A stretch of 62,349 nucleotides of DNA, from positions 1 to 62,349 of the forward strand of contig JAGLZA010000033.1 of NCBI GenBank assembly GCA_023131835.1. Reading direction: 5' to 3'. The translations under genes were made by a program, and so were the position numbers. Positions 39,399-48,426 of this stretch are shown piece by piece. Below the pieces are notes generated by a model. It was not told the origin of the DNA. It saw nothing but the letters and a program-made list of their open reading frames with translations, and did no database searches. Source of the stretch: a candidate division WOR-3 bacterium (GTDB lineage: Bacteria; Hydrothermota; UBA3072). The first letter of the stretch is position 1; each line of letters begins with the position of its first letter.

Positions 39399-40229
39399 TT
39401 ACTCTTCACCGTCCCTACTCATATCAATGGCCATCATTTTCTCATCTCGTTCCCGTTTGTCTTTTCTTTCTTTTTCACAATCTTTAGATGTAATGTTTAA
39501 ATCATAAATGAATGTGAATAATTGATCTTCTAGAAACTTATAAATAGACATAATGGGTATAAAATAAGATAAATGTGTAATGGCATCAGAAGAAAAACCG
39601 CTTATTGAAACTGCGACCCTTGAAGGGACACCTATAAATTCATAAGTTTCACCTAAAAATACAGCTCCACCTGAATTACCAAAAATTGTAGCAGCACTTG
39701 ACAAAAAATATGGATAATTATCAATAATATCATTAAAACCAGTTAAATTACCTTGAGTAGCAAGCGGTGGATGACCAAGACCACAACCAACAGCATAAAG
39801 ATCCATAAACATTCTTAATTTTTCTTTATGTTGCCCTTTAGGAAACATTGTTGCTACATAATCAATTTTTCTTTCTGTTTTAAGTCTTAACAGTGCTAAA
39901 TCCATGTCTTTATCATAACACATAATCTCGCTTCTGTATGTACTTTGCCCACTTTCCCATGATCCATATTCAAAATTAAAAAATTCAACAGAACATTCAG
40001 ACAAAATATCTGTTTTTACTTCCCTCTTTAAAAGAGTACTCCATTTCTTTTCAACCTTAATGTTAGCACTAACTACATGACAATTAGTTAAAACATAGGT
40101 TTCGTATTTACTGTCTTCCCCGGGCAATAATTTTGAATAAACAACTGTTCCAGAGCCCCCTGCCTGATCCGTTCTCACCCTTACTGTGGGGTAAAGCATT
40201 TTTTCGTGTTTATCTTCTAACATAGACAT
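39399..40229 (-). CDS. Trypsin-like serine protease
   Basis: GSG, LTNCHV, DLALL, GNSGG. Confidence 0.9.
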   Translation of the reverse strand: MSMLEDKHEKMLYPTVRVRTDQAGGSGTVVYSKLLPGEDSKYETYVLTNCHVVSANIKVEKKWSTLLKREVKTDILSECSVEFFNFEYGSWESGQSTYRSEIMCYDKDMDLALLRLKTERKIDYVATMFPKGQHKEKLRMFMDLYAVGCGLGHPPLATQGNLTGFNDIIDNYPYFLSSAATIFGNSGGAVFLGETYEFIGVPSRVAVSISGFSSDAITHLSYFIPIMSIYKFLEDQLFTFIYDLNITSKDCEKERKDKRERDEKMMAIDMSRDGEE

Positions 40230-40249
40230 AATTTTTTTAACTCCTCCTT

Positions 40250-40873
40250 TTACTTGTTTGATTTAAAAAAAGATATATTTGTATGTAAAAATTCTTTGAT
40301 TCCTTCTGCTGTTTTCTTTTCTTTTAAATACATTTTCACCCCCTTAGGTTTTAATACTAAGATTCTGCCGCCAATTTTTGTTCCATTATATAGACTGTTA
40401 AATCCGTAAAGTAGTAATTCCTCTATAAAACTTAAATTCTTTTTATTCAACAATTCAGTTTTAAAACTAAGATCAAAAGAAGCTCCTTCATCATTATCGT
40501 CATCATTATCATTATTGTTATCTGATTTTTCATCATCAACATAGTTTTTAAATTCTGTAACAAATAAGAATTTAGTATGTGAAGGATGTTTTTTTGCCAC
40601 CTTAATTACATTTCTCATAGTATAAATATAGTTTAGAATACCAACCATATCAATATAATGAACAAAAACTGATTCTATTAAAAATTCTTTAAGACCTCTT
40701 ATTACTGTATCATCATCAACGTGATCACTGAGTTCGGTAAGATATACTTCAAGAAAGTAATCAATAACGTCCTTTTGGTCCCTCGTAATTATATCGGCTG
40801 CTTTAGCATCTAATTCTGTAATTATTAAATAAAGACCTTTTTCTTTTCTTAATGATTTTAATATTTTTATCAT
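40250..40873 (-). CDS. Hypothetical protein with acidic D/N tract
   Basis: 207-aa ORF preceded by the CTAACCT motif. Confidence 0.6.
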   Translation of the reverse strand: MIKILKSLRKEKGLYLIITELDAKAADIITRDQKDVIDYFLEVYLTELSDHVDDDTVIRGLKEFLIESVFVHYIDMVGILNYIYTMRNVIKVAKKHPSHTKFLFVTEFKNYVDDEKSDNNNDNDDDNDEGASFDLSFKTELLNKKNLSFIEELLLYGFNSLYNGTKIGGRILVLKPKGVKMYLKEKKTAEGIKEFLHTNISFFKSNK

Positions 40874-41042
40874 ATAATCCCCTAACAGCTACACCTACAC
40901 CTTCTAACTATAATAGGTTAGTTTAATCCAACAAAACATACTCCATAGAATACCACTTGTGTTTTTTCTTTTTTGTATCATTTATTTTTTGTCATATTTT
41001 ATTTTCATTAATTCTTTTTGTAGTGATCATCTTATTTGCCAT

Positions 41043-41384
41043 TTAATTCTTCTGTTTTAACATGTCTATCATGTTTCTATAATACAGGGCTACTCCCCAA
41101 TTGATAAAACTTGTAGTTGTTAAATCTATTGTTAAATCCAATGCTTCATATAGTAATATATTTGCATAATCATGAAATTTTTTATTATTTGTTAGTACTT
41201 GATCATTATCCTCTTTTAGTCTGCGTTCATTTTCATCAAGTAACATTTTAAGATAACCTTTTAATGTTTTTATTTGTTCTTCGTTGAACTCCATATTCAA
41301 CTTTTTAAAAACTTTAAATCCTTTTGTTAATATTCGACTCATTATTAACTCGTGTGTTGCGTGAGTGGTCATTCTATTTGCCAT
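41043..41384 (-). CDS. Hypothetical protein
   Basis: Packed ORF with GAGG SD. Confidence 0.6.
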   Translation of the reverse strand: MANRMTTHATHELIMSRILTKGFKVFKKLNMEFNEEQIKTLKGYLKMLLDENERRLKEDNDQVLTNNKKFHDYANILLYEALDLTIDLTTTSFINWGVALYYRNMIDMLKQKN

Positions 41385-41385
41385 T

Positions 41386-41571
41386 TTATGTCCTCTCGTT
41401 ATAAGTTACTTTATTCAATTGTTCTATAATATCTATTGCTATTTCTTCAAGGACCCCATCTACATCACCTGCATCATAACCACAATAATGATCATATCCA
41501 TCGGTTAATTTTTTTTCATTGTCTTCAAGAACTTTAACAACAGCATTAATTTGTTTGTTTGAAATAAGCAT
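41386..41571 (-). CDS. Hypothetical protein
   Basis: Packed ORF. Confidence 0.6.
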   Translation of the reverse strand: MLISNKQINAVVKVLEDNEKKLTDGYDHYCGYDAGDVDGVLEEIAIDIIEQLNKVTYNERT

Positions 41572-41573
41572 AT

Positions 41574-41921
41574 TTATCCTTTTTCTTCTATTTTAGTTAT
41601 ACCTTCTTGTAAGGCTTCAATAAAGCCTTCGATGTGTTTTTTATCCATAAACAGTACGTCTGCTTGCATTTCTAAATAACCACCAAAAATTAATTTTAAC
41701 CCGGCAAATAATCTTCTATATATTTTTTCATACCATGGTGAAAATTCATAATAGTATTTCCAATACAGTGTCTTTCCGATCATCAAAGTTATATTATTTA
41801 TGTCTTTATCATATTCTAGCCATAGTTCAAATTCATAATCTTTATTACCACAAGCACATGCTATTCTGTAAAATGCAGAATCATTAAATTCGGCTATTTT
41901 CATTACTCTATAAGATATCAT
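41574..41921 (-). CDS. Hypothetical protein
   Basis: Packed ORF. Confidence 0.6.
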   Translation of the reverse strand: MISYRVMKIAEFNDSAFYRIACACGNKDYEFELWLEYDKDINNITLMIGKTLYWKYYYEFSPWYEKIYRRLFAGLKLIFGGYLEMQADVLFMDKKHIEGFIEALQEGITKIEEKG

Positions 41922-41974
41922 TTTATAATCCCCTTATTCATGAACTTTAACTTTCTTTTTCTAATAATCTCTAA

Positions 41975-42151
41975 TTACTTAGTTAAATACTCTTTAAAAA
42001 TTATTCCACAATGAGGGCATTTAAATTCATCATAACTAGTACCCTCTTCCCACCCATCATAAGAATAAATACATTTTGCATCAGGATGGTACCATTGATA
42101 GGGTTTGCCATCTGACGGGTTCTTTTTTGTACACCGTTTTCTCTTATCCAT
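41975..42151 (-). CDS. Small zinc-ribbon protein (58 aa)
   Basis: Manual translation MDKRKRCTKKNP...FKCPHCG...; below the ORF-track cutoff. Confidence 0.55.
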   Translation of the reverse strand: MDKRKRCTKKNPSDGKPYQWYHPDAKCIYSYDGWEEGTSYDEFKCPHCGIIFKEYLTK

Positions 42152-42173
42152 AAATTATTTGTTTTTCCCCTTT

Positions 42174-42527
42174 TTAATTTAATAATAATTTTGTTTCGAG
42201 TGTGTGATTTTCAATGTCACTACTACCAACTAATACATAAGCAATTACAAAAATATCGTTTATATCTCCCCTGATTATTAAAATATTATTGTCATTTATT
42301 GGACAGGTTTCAAAAATTTTTGCGATATTACTTGTAGATACCATAGAACAAAACGGATGCAAACTACCCTTTTTGTCTTTGTATAGATCGCTGTCTTTTA
42401 TCCATGAATCTGTGTCCTCGTTAAAACTATATCCTTTCCAATTAGGAGGCAATGTAAGTACACCACCTATGTCTATTTTACTTATTTTTACTTCCATATC
42501 ATATTTCCTTTTTGTTATTATAGTCAT
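42174..42527 (-). CDS. Hypothetical protein
   Basis: Operon orientation; start probably at MEVK. Confidence 0.55.
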   Translation of the reverse strand: MTIITKRKYDMEVKISKIDIGGVLTLPPNWKGYSFNEDTDSWIKDSDLYKDKKGSLHPFCSMVSTSNIAKIFETCPINDNNILIIRGDINDIFVIAYVLVGSSDIENHTLETKLLLN

Positions 42528-42555
42528 GATCTACGATTTTTTCGGTACAAATAAA

Positions 42556-42783
42556 CTACTGCTTTTTTATTGACCAATTTTCTATCAATTTTTTAACATA
42601 AGCAGGTGTTATACTAAGCTGCTCTTTTGAATCTTTGTAATATTTTCCATCTGGTGACTCAATAGTTACTTTTGCTCTGTTTGTTGGTAAACATCCATAA
42701 TCAGTACGTACAAATTTTACAAGATATTTATATTCTTTGTTATTTACTATTATTTTTCGAACTCCTTTTCGTGGCATTGTCAT
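42556..42783 (-). CDS. Hypothetical protein
   Basis: Operon orientation. Confidence 0.6.
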   Translation of the reverse strand: MTMPRKGVRKIIVNNKEYKYLVKFVRTDYGCLPTNRAKVTIESPDGKYYKDSKEQLSITPAYVKKLIENWSIKKQ

Positions 42784-42801
42784 ATCAGTTCCTTCAGTGT
42801 T

Positions 42802-43023
42802 TTAATCCAAATAATCTTTTTTAATAAAACCTATTTCTTTTAATTTATTTATTGCACCAATTATTCCGTGATCAAACGAATCTAATTTTGAACCATAAGA
42901 ATAATTAGTTAATTGTGTAGGTGTTTTTTCTTTACGTAGTAATGCACCTGCCGCCCAATTAAATCCATTATTATAATCTTCTTTTTTAAGTTTTTTCTGA
43001 TAGTTAAACAACCATTTAAACAT
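42802..43023 (-). CDS. Hypothetical protein
   Basis: Operon orientation. Confidence 0.6.
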   Translation of the reverse strand: MFKWLFNYQKKLKKEDYNNGFNWAAGALLRKEKTPTQLTNYSYGSKLDSFDHGIIGAINKLKEIGFIKKDYLD

Positions 43024-43091
43024 ATTATTTTTCCTTTGTTATTAACCATTCTATTTTAATTTTACGCGCATCATTAAAAAAATCTGGTAAA

Positions 43092-43310
43092 TTATTCCAT
43101 ACTTAAGAAATCCATATAATTTGCATGACAGGCTTTACACCCACATAACCCTTTACATGGATCTGGACATTCCGGTTTACAGGTACAAACCTCCCAAAAA
43201 TTATTTTCACTATCATCAAAAAAGTCTCCTTTGTAAATACCATCTGGAGGATATCGTTTTTTACCTTCTTCAGTTGGAATATCCATTATGGTTCCTTCTA
43301 TTTTTGCCAC
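43092..43310 (-). CDS. Small Cys-rich protein
   Basis: CTC...C...C...CGC..C. Confidence 0.55.
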   Translation of the reverse strand: MAKIEGTIMDIPTEEGKKRYPPDGIYKGDFFDDSENNFWEVCTCKPECPDPCKGLCGCKACHANYMDFLSME

Positions 43311-43507
43311 ATTCTTCTACCACGATTACCACGCCGTCGTCGTCGTCGTCTTTTCAATAAAGGTCTATTATTTTCTCCGCGGCCAGTGGAATTTTTGTAA
43401 TCCATTTTTCCCTTTGGTTTGTGGCATTTCAAACACACGAAATCTTTTGTTTTAGGACCATCAGGATTTATTTCACAAGGTATGCTTTTATCATAAATAC
43501 ATTTCAT
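43298..43507 (-). CDS. Small Cys-containing protein with poly-Arg tail
   Basis: KRRRRRRRGNRGRR encoded by a CGA run. Confidence 0.45.
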   Translation of the reverse strand: MKCIYDKSIPCEINPDGPKTKDFVCLKCHKPKGKMDYKNSTGRGENNRPLLKRRRRRRRGNRGRRMWQK

Positions 43508-43522
43508 TTTTCTAAAATCCTT

Positions 43523-44062
43523 CTATAATTTTTCTATAATAAATGGAGACCGTACTCCTGCAGAAAACTCAGCTGCAGCTTCTAATGCTTTGGTTATTCT
43601 TTCTTTCGGTTTCATTTTAAAACTGTTTAAACTATGTAGTGCACCCATTGCTATATCTGCACCACAACCAACGGCTTCGTAATTAAGTGTTGGTTTAGCT
43701 ACTTGTAAATCACTTTCTACTTCATATAAATTTCCTTTATAACCAACTAAGAAAAATCCGATACTTATTTTGTTATCAGAAACTTTAGCATATTTTTTCT
43801 TTTCTAACATTTTTGATACAGCATCAATAAAATCTGTACACATATATTCATAGTCATCTTTTTTTCTTGGTTGTTCTGGAATTTTTAACGAATATTGAAG
43901 TAATTGACCGAGTCTAAAAGACGAAGTGAATCCAAAAAGCATTTCTCCGTTTTTGAATACCTTACTATCAGCTCTTGTCCGTATCTTTAATCCACCAACT
44001 CCAGCAGAATCTCCACCCATCCAAACTTTGTCATTTTCTACCCAACCAACTATACATGTCAT
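43523..44062 (-). CDS. HslV / proteasome-beta-like Ntn hydrolase
   Basis: M-TCIVG (N-terminal Thr nucleophile), GDS, SKVF, AVGCG...AMGAL. Confidence 0.8.
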   Translation of the reverse strand: MTCIVGWVENDKVWMGGDSAGVGGLKIRTRADSKVFKNGEMLFGFTSSFRLGQLLQYSLKIPEQPRKKDDYEYMCTDFIDAVSKMLEKKKYAKVSDNKISIGFFLVGYKGNLYEVESDLQVAKPTLNYEAVGCGADIAMGALHSLNSFKMKPKERITKALEAAAEFSAGVRSPFIIEKL

Positions 44063-44155
44063 AATAATTTTCCTTTTTATTTATTTTAATTATAATCTTT
44101 TCCATATATTTTACTATAACTTCATTTATATCATTTATGAGTTTATCAATGTTTT

Positions 44156-44503
44156 TTAGATAATATTGGTTTCCTTCTTCAAAACTTTCTTCCAATCTAT
44201 TTTTTCTAGTTTAGCTCTTATCATAACACATAAATCATCTAATATTTTTCTTTGTTGATCTTTAACATATTTACCTAACCTTCTTGAATACACATGATTT
44301 TCCATAAGAACTTGTATATGTATAATATCATCCTCTATTTCACCTTTTACTTTAACATCATCTTTTTCTAAATATTCAAATATTTCGTTACAACAAAATT
44401 TGAAAACCTTAATTATTGTTGTAACTACTATATCAGATTTACATTGTATTCTTTCTACAAGTTTTTCTATCGTTATGTTTAATATTATAGTATAATGTTT
44501 CAT
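44156..44503 (-). CDS. Hypothetical protein
   Basis: ATGA overlap with the upstream gene. Confidence 0.6.
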   Translation of the reverse strand: MKHYTIILNITIEKLVERIQCKSDIVVTTIIKVFKFCCNEIFEYLEKDDVKVKGEIEDDIIHIQVLMENHVYSRRLGKYVKDQQRKILDDLCVMIRAKLEKIDWKKVLKKETNII

Positions 44504-44685
44504 TTGTTATAAGTAGTTTTTCCTGCTTGTTCCCACCACCCTTCCCATAGTTCAAACATTCTGACGATAAGATTTAATTGATGTCTGTCTATATTCACAT
44601 ATTTTTCATCTGAATTTTTTCTTACTGAAATTATAGGAATAATTTTTTTATTTTTTTCCTCTTTAAAAAAATATCTGAATTCCAT
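44500..44685 (-). CDS. Hypothetical protein, paralog of 44997-45233
   Basis: Shared PIISVR...YV.ID....LIV.MF..WE.WW motif. Confidence 0.75.
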   Translation of the reverse strand: MEFRYFFKEEKNKKIIPIISVRKNSDEKYVNIDRHQLNLIVRMFELWEGWWEQAGKTTYNK

Positions 44686-44730
44686 GTTGTATCTCCGGTT
44701 TTATTGTTAAATAATATTTTTATAACTAAA

Positions 44731-44949
44731 TTAAATGATTTTTAGTTTGTTTACAACTTTAATATAGTCATTAAAAACAAATACAAGTAATTTTCCTAAT
44801 TCTTCAGGACTAAAGTTTCTGTTTGACTCAGAGATGGCTGCATACAAGTCTTGACCATCTCCGTCCATGATTATATGTTCAAAATCTCCATCTGTAGCTA
44901 TATATTGATGTTCCTGAATCCAATCTATTGCTTTTTCACGTGTCCACAT
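44731..44949 (-). CDS. Hypothetical protein
   Basis: Operon orientation. Confidence 0.55.
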   Translation of the reverse strand: MWTREKAIDWIQEHQYIATDGDFEHIIMDGDGQDLYAAISESNRNFSPEELGKLLVFVFNDYIKVVNKLKII

Positions 44950-44996
44950 TTTTCATAATTCTCTTTTTTAATATATTTTCATTTATATATTGAAAT

Positions 44997-45233
44997 TTAT
45001 AATGAATTTTCCTTTATTACTTCACCCAGTACCGATTTACTATCAACAACATCAGGTTTATATGTAGCTTTTTTTGCTTCTTTCCACCAATCTTCCCATG
45101 AATCAAACATTTTAACAATTAAATTGAATTTATACTTGTCTATATCCACGTAATTATCATTTGAACTTTCTCTAACTGAAATTATCGGAAAGATTCTATT
45201 GTCTTTCATTTTAAAAGAATATTTAAGTTCCAT
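44997..45233 (-). CDS. Hypothetical protein, first gene of the leftward transcript; paralog of 44500-44685
   Basis: Start moved to MELKY (GGAGGTGA SD). Confidence 0.75.
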   Translation of the reverse strand: MELKYSFKMKDNRIFPIISVRESSNDNYVDIDKYKFNLIVKMFDSWEDWWKEAKKATYKPDVVDSKSVLGEVIKENSL

Positions 45234-45251
45234 TTTATCACCTCCAATACT

Positions 45252-45368
45252 ATTATAATCATTAAATCCCACTTGTCAAGAGATAAACTGACTTTTTTTT
45301 CATTTTTTTTTATTTATTATGGGAACTGTTTACTTAAACAATAATAAGCACTAAATCCCATTTGTCAA
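45252..45368 (-). promoter_or_regulatory. Two tandem sigma70-like leftward promoters
   Basis: TTGACA-16-TATAAT (45252-45279) and TTGACA-16-TATTAT (45341-45368) with near-identical spacers. Confidence 0.7.
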
Positions 45369-45412
45369 ATTTTATTATTACCAATTTACTAAACTATTTT
45401 TTAGGTGACTAT

Positions 45413-45454
45413 TATCGGATTATTGATATCGGGTTATTGATATCGGGTTATTAG
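45413..45454. repeat. Three tandem 14-bp repeats (TATCGGRTTATTGA)
   Basis: Direct reading. Confidence 0.85.
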
Positions 45455-45691
45455 ACTATATGGATGGGGATATTGTACTATACGGATTATTATACTACAA
45501 TTATATATGTATTATTATACTACTACATCGTGGTCATAACCTTTAAATCAACCCAAATTTATAGTGTGTGGGTACCTATATATGATATAGAGACGTAATT
45601 GCGTCTCTAACAATTATAGGGCCCCCTTCCTTTAACTTTTGAGACTATGCTTTTGTCTCAAACAGTGTTGTGAAGGATAAGCTCTTTGTCT

Positions 45692-45767
45692 CCTCCGATA
45701 AAGTGACGGACGGGTTTATTGGAGGCTTAACTCGAATTACCTCTCATTCCCGCCAATGATGTGATTT
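45692..45767 (+). ncRNA. Repeated structured leader element, copy 1 of 5
   Basis: Hairpin with CGGACGGG loop followed by a hairpin containing the invariant TCATTCCCGCCAATGATGTG. Confidence 0.65.
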
Positions 45768-45789
45768 AACATTTGAAAGGAGAATTACC

Positions 45790-45978
45790 ATGTCTTTCAA
45801 CTCCTACACAACAACAGAGAAATGTACGCGTCATGCTGACCACATAGTAGAAGGTTTTCCCAAATTTAAATGCCCAGAATGTGGATGGATATTCTGTGAA
45901 GAATGTTCAGAATCTTGGCATTGTGGACAGCATGGATGTATCGATTGCCCAAGTTGTGATTTCCATATTGACATATAA
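45790..45978 (+). CDS. Small Cys-rich (RING-like) zinc-finger protein
   Basis: CPECG..FCEEC...CPSC; AAGGAG SD. Confidence 0.7.
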   Translation: MSFNSYTTTEKCTRHADHIVEGFPKFKCPECGWIFCEECSESWHCGQHGCIDCPSCDFHIDI

Positions 45979-45990
45979 TTCTTTTATTTC

Positions 45991-46064
45991 TTCTGGTAGA
46001 ATAACGGATGGGTCTATCAGAAATTAACTCGAATCACCTCTCATTCCCGCCAATGATGTGATTC
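45991..46064 (+). ncRNA. Repeated structured leader element, copy 2 of 5
   Basis: Different stem sequence with the same fold; loop CGGATGGG. Confidence 0.65.
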
Positions 46065-46085
46065 ATTTGAAAGGAGGAAAATAAA

Positions 46086-46313
46086 ACGAACCTTTACACA
46101 CTTACAAGTAACATAGGTAATCACAGTGATGGTAAATACGATTTTGTAGCAGAACAATGGTTAGATGTTATTGAGATGGCTGTAAAATTTGAAGAAGACT
46201 TTAACGAACATAAGGCTTTTAATCCTGACTACACTATCAAACTGGAACTATCTTCATATAATGCTAATGTAGTTCCAATCAAACCAGGTTTTATTGACAT
46301 AAGAAAAGGCTAA
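46086..46313 (+). CDS. 75-aa hypothetical protein with apparent ACG start
   Basis: AGGAGG SD 8 nt upstream of ACG; open frame to TAA 46313. Confidence 0.5.
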   Translation, partial: TNLYTLTSNIGNHSDGKYDFVAEQWLDVIEMAVKFEEDFNEHKAFNPDYTIKLELSSYNANVVPIKPGFIDIRKG

Positions 46314-46325
46314 AGGGAGGGTAAC

Positions 46326-46502
46326 ATGGAATTAATTATTGAAATTAAAACAACCAATGTCGCAGTGGAAGAAGTACCAGAAATCCTTGAACAGATTAAG
46401 ATTTCCTTTGGTAAAGGATATGTTAGGGGTGGTGGATGGGATGACAAAAAGGGTAAAGAATATTCTTTTAACACCCTATTTGTGAAAGAAGAAGGTGTTT
46501 AA
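46326..46502 (+). CDS. Small hypothetical protein (58 aa)
   Basis: GGGAGG SD; MELIIEIKTTNVAVEEVPEILEQI... Confidence 0.7.
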   Translation: MELIIEIKTTNVAVEEVPEILEQIKISFGKGYVRGGGWDDKKGKEYSFNTLFVKEEGV

Positions 46503-46594
46503 TTTTTGAACCTGTCTTTGGTATATTCAAAGACAGACTTGAGAAATTAATCTATATTTATTTATTTAAAATTATAAACTAAAGGAGAATAATT

Positions 46595-46777
46595 ATGGCC
46601 AAAAAAGGAGCATCATCATCAATACTTACATTTATAAAGTATGAAATGTCTTTAATAACGGAAATTGATAAAAGGGAAGATAAAAAACAAAAGACCAGTA
46701 TTCAATTCAGAGAATCATGTATTTTTACTACCTGTTCTATTATTGTTTCCAAACGTAAACAACGTAAACGAAAGTAA
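46595..46777 (+). CDS. Small basic hypothetical protein
   Basis: AAGGAG SD. Confidence 0.45.
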   Translation: MAKKGASSSILTFIKYEMSLITEIDKREDKKQKTSIQFRESCIFTTCSIIVSKRKQRKRK

Positions 46778-46805
46778 AAATTTAGTGTCAGAGAAAGGAG
46801 GTATT

Positions 46806-47075
46806 ATGAAAAAGGATATGATTGAAATATGTGCATGGTGTAAGAGAATTAAAAAGGATAACGTTTATCAACCTTTCGATTTAGAAGCGGTTATAGAACT
46901 TGAAAAACGAACTGATATTACACTTACTCACGATCTCTGTCCGCTTTGTAAGAAGGAACAACAAAAAGAATTGGTAAAATTAGAACAAGAGTTAAAGAAA
47001 AAGAAATATATGAAAAAACTGAACCCGCCAATTAAAAAGGTTGATGAATTTAAAAGAAAGGAGGTGGAACCATGA
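46806..47075 (+). CDS. Zinc-binding protein (ICAWCKRI...THDLCP.C)
   Basis: Start moved to MKKDM (AGGAGGT SD). The motif resembles the Cys/His tail found on some bacterial signalling proteins. Confidence 0.7.
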   Translation: MKKDMIEICAWCKRIKKDNVYQPFDLEAVIELEKRTDITLTHDLCPLCKKEQQKELVKLEQELKKKKYMKKLNPPIKKVDEFKRKEVEP

Positions 47076-47296
47076 CAACAAGATTTAAAACATATGCTGT
47101 AATAAAAGGTTGGGTTTCAACTACGTTTGGGATAAGTGTTTCTTTGGTAGAGTGGTTTTTTAATTCGTTGTTAGGTTTAATCTTATTCATAATATTTATA
47201 CTATATCCATCGTTACTTATGATTGTGGTAATATTAATTATTTGGCTTATTACTAAAATACATCAAGCCTACAAGCGAAAAGAACACCATTCATAA
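47072..47296 (+). CDS. Small membrane protein
   Basis: AGGAGGT SD, hydrophobic. Confidence 0.65.
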   Translation: MTTRFKTYAVIKGWVSTTFGISVSLVEWFFNSLLGLILFIIFILYPSLLMIVVILIIWLITKIHQAYKRKEHHS

Positions 47297-47466
47297 ATAA
47301 AACAATCAAATTATAAACTGAAAGGAGGTGGTGCCATATGATATTAATTGGCCTTTGGGTAACCCTTTATCAATAGAATTGTGATACGATTTGAATCTAT
47401 CTAAAGTTCTAACTGTACAGGAGTTACATCATCTACAACTCATTTAATATTGGAGAAAGATTTATT

Positions 47467-47595
47467 TTGAATCACACAAAGGGTCATTCTAGTAAACAAA
47501 CTAATAGAAAGAAGTGTCAAGCAAATACCGTATGTTGTGCAGACATACCGAACTATGTAGTTAACCCATACTATGTAGCCAGGGACTTTCGCTAG
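47467..47595 (+). CDS. 42-aa peptide, paralog of 52699-52827
   Basis: GGAG SD, TTG start, same length as its paralog. Confidence 0.4.
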   Translation: MNHTKGHSSKQTNRKKCQANTVCCADIPNYVVNPYYVARDFR

Positions 47596-47670
47596 CGAGT
47601 TTTTAATGCTTCCAGGACTGCATTATAAATATACATTTTTTGATTTTCAACTTTATAAAAAGGAGGAAAT

Positions 47671-47871
47671 ATGAAATCAATTAATTATTGTTGTTCCCCA
47701 TTAAAATATGCAATAAAGGATGGAAATATAATCCATCGTGAAGACAAAAGTAAATTTTACATCTATGGTTACCCAAGTTTTGCCGATGATGGTGACGGAT
47801 ACACTGATGATATGACAGAAACCACGGAAATAACACATTGTCCCTTTTGTGGAAAAAAATTATGTAAATAA
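47671..47871 (+). CDS. Small protein with CPFCG motif
   Basis: AGGAGG SD. Confidence 0.7.
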   Translation: MKSINYCCSPLKYAIKDGNIIHREDKSKFYIYGYPSFADDGDGYTDDMTETTEITHCPFCGKKLCK

Positions 47872-47899
47872 GATTATTTAAGAATTAAAAGGAGGACTT

Positions 47900-48109
47900 A
47901 TGGAAACAATGCCCATTTTGACATCTGTATCACTTGAAGGTACAGTAACAGTTTCTATTGAACAAGTTGGATATACATATCAGATAGATGCTGGTTTTAT
48001 ACCGGAGATACAAAAACTTTTTCAATATAAACCTTGGCACGCTTTAAATTTATTAAAACAGAAAGCGTATCATGTGTCTAAAAACACATTACAACAAAAA
48101 AGGAGGTAA
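47900..48109 (+). CDS. Hypothetical protein
   Basis: AGGAGG SD. Confidence 0.7.
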   Translation: METMPILTSVSLEGTVTVSIEQVGYTYQIDAGFIPEIQKLFQYKPWHALNLLKQKAYHVSKNTLQQKRR

Positions 48110-48114
48110 TAATT

Positions 48115-48402
48115 ATGATGGCTAAGATTGTTCTTCATTTTGACGAAACGCTTAATTTGTTATCGATATTCTCTACACAACCTACATGCAATAATATCCA
48201 ATTTAGACGTAAAGGAGGAGATAACAAGGTAATAATAAAACACCCACGAGAAGTTCGTCTGGCAATGGAGTTATTATTTGGTAAACCCATTAAACGTGTT
48301 ACAAAAGGAGAATATAGTGGAACAGTTGGGAGTTTCTTCGAATTTGAGCTCCCAGTGTCAGAATGTGGCGAATTTCTTCTCATCAAAAAACCAACAATAT
48401 AA
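48115..48402 (+). CDS. Hypothetical protein
   Basis: AGGAGGT SD. Confidence 0.7.
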   Translation: MMAKIVLHFDETLNLLSIFSTQPTCNNIQFRRKGGDNKVIIKHPREVRLAMELLFGKPIKRVTKGEYSGTVGSFFEFELPVSECGEFLLIKKPTI

Positions 48403-48426
48403 CAAAAAAAAGGAGGTGAAAAAAAT

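Noticed and set aside
1270-44159. The + strand ORF-track entries in the left arm (e.g. 1270-1614, 25332-25694, 30130-30498, 31674-32027)
   Set aside because: They are antisense shadows of well-supported - strand genes, with no SD or recognisable motifs.
45968-45979. TTGACATATAAT as a promoter
   Set aside because: The -35 and -10 hexamers are adjacent with no spacer, and it is the end of a coding sequence.
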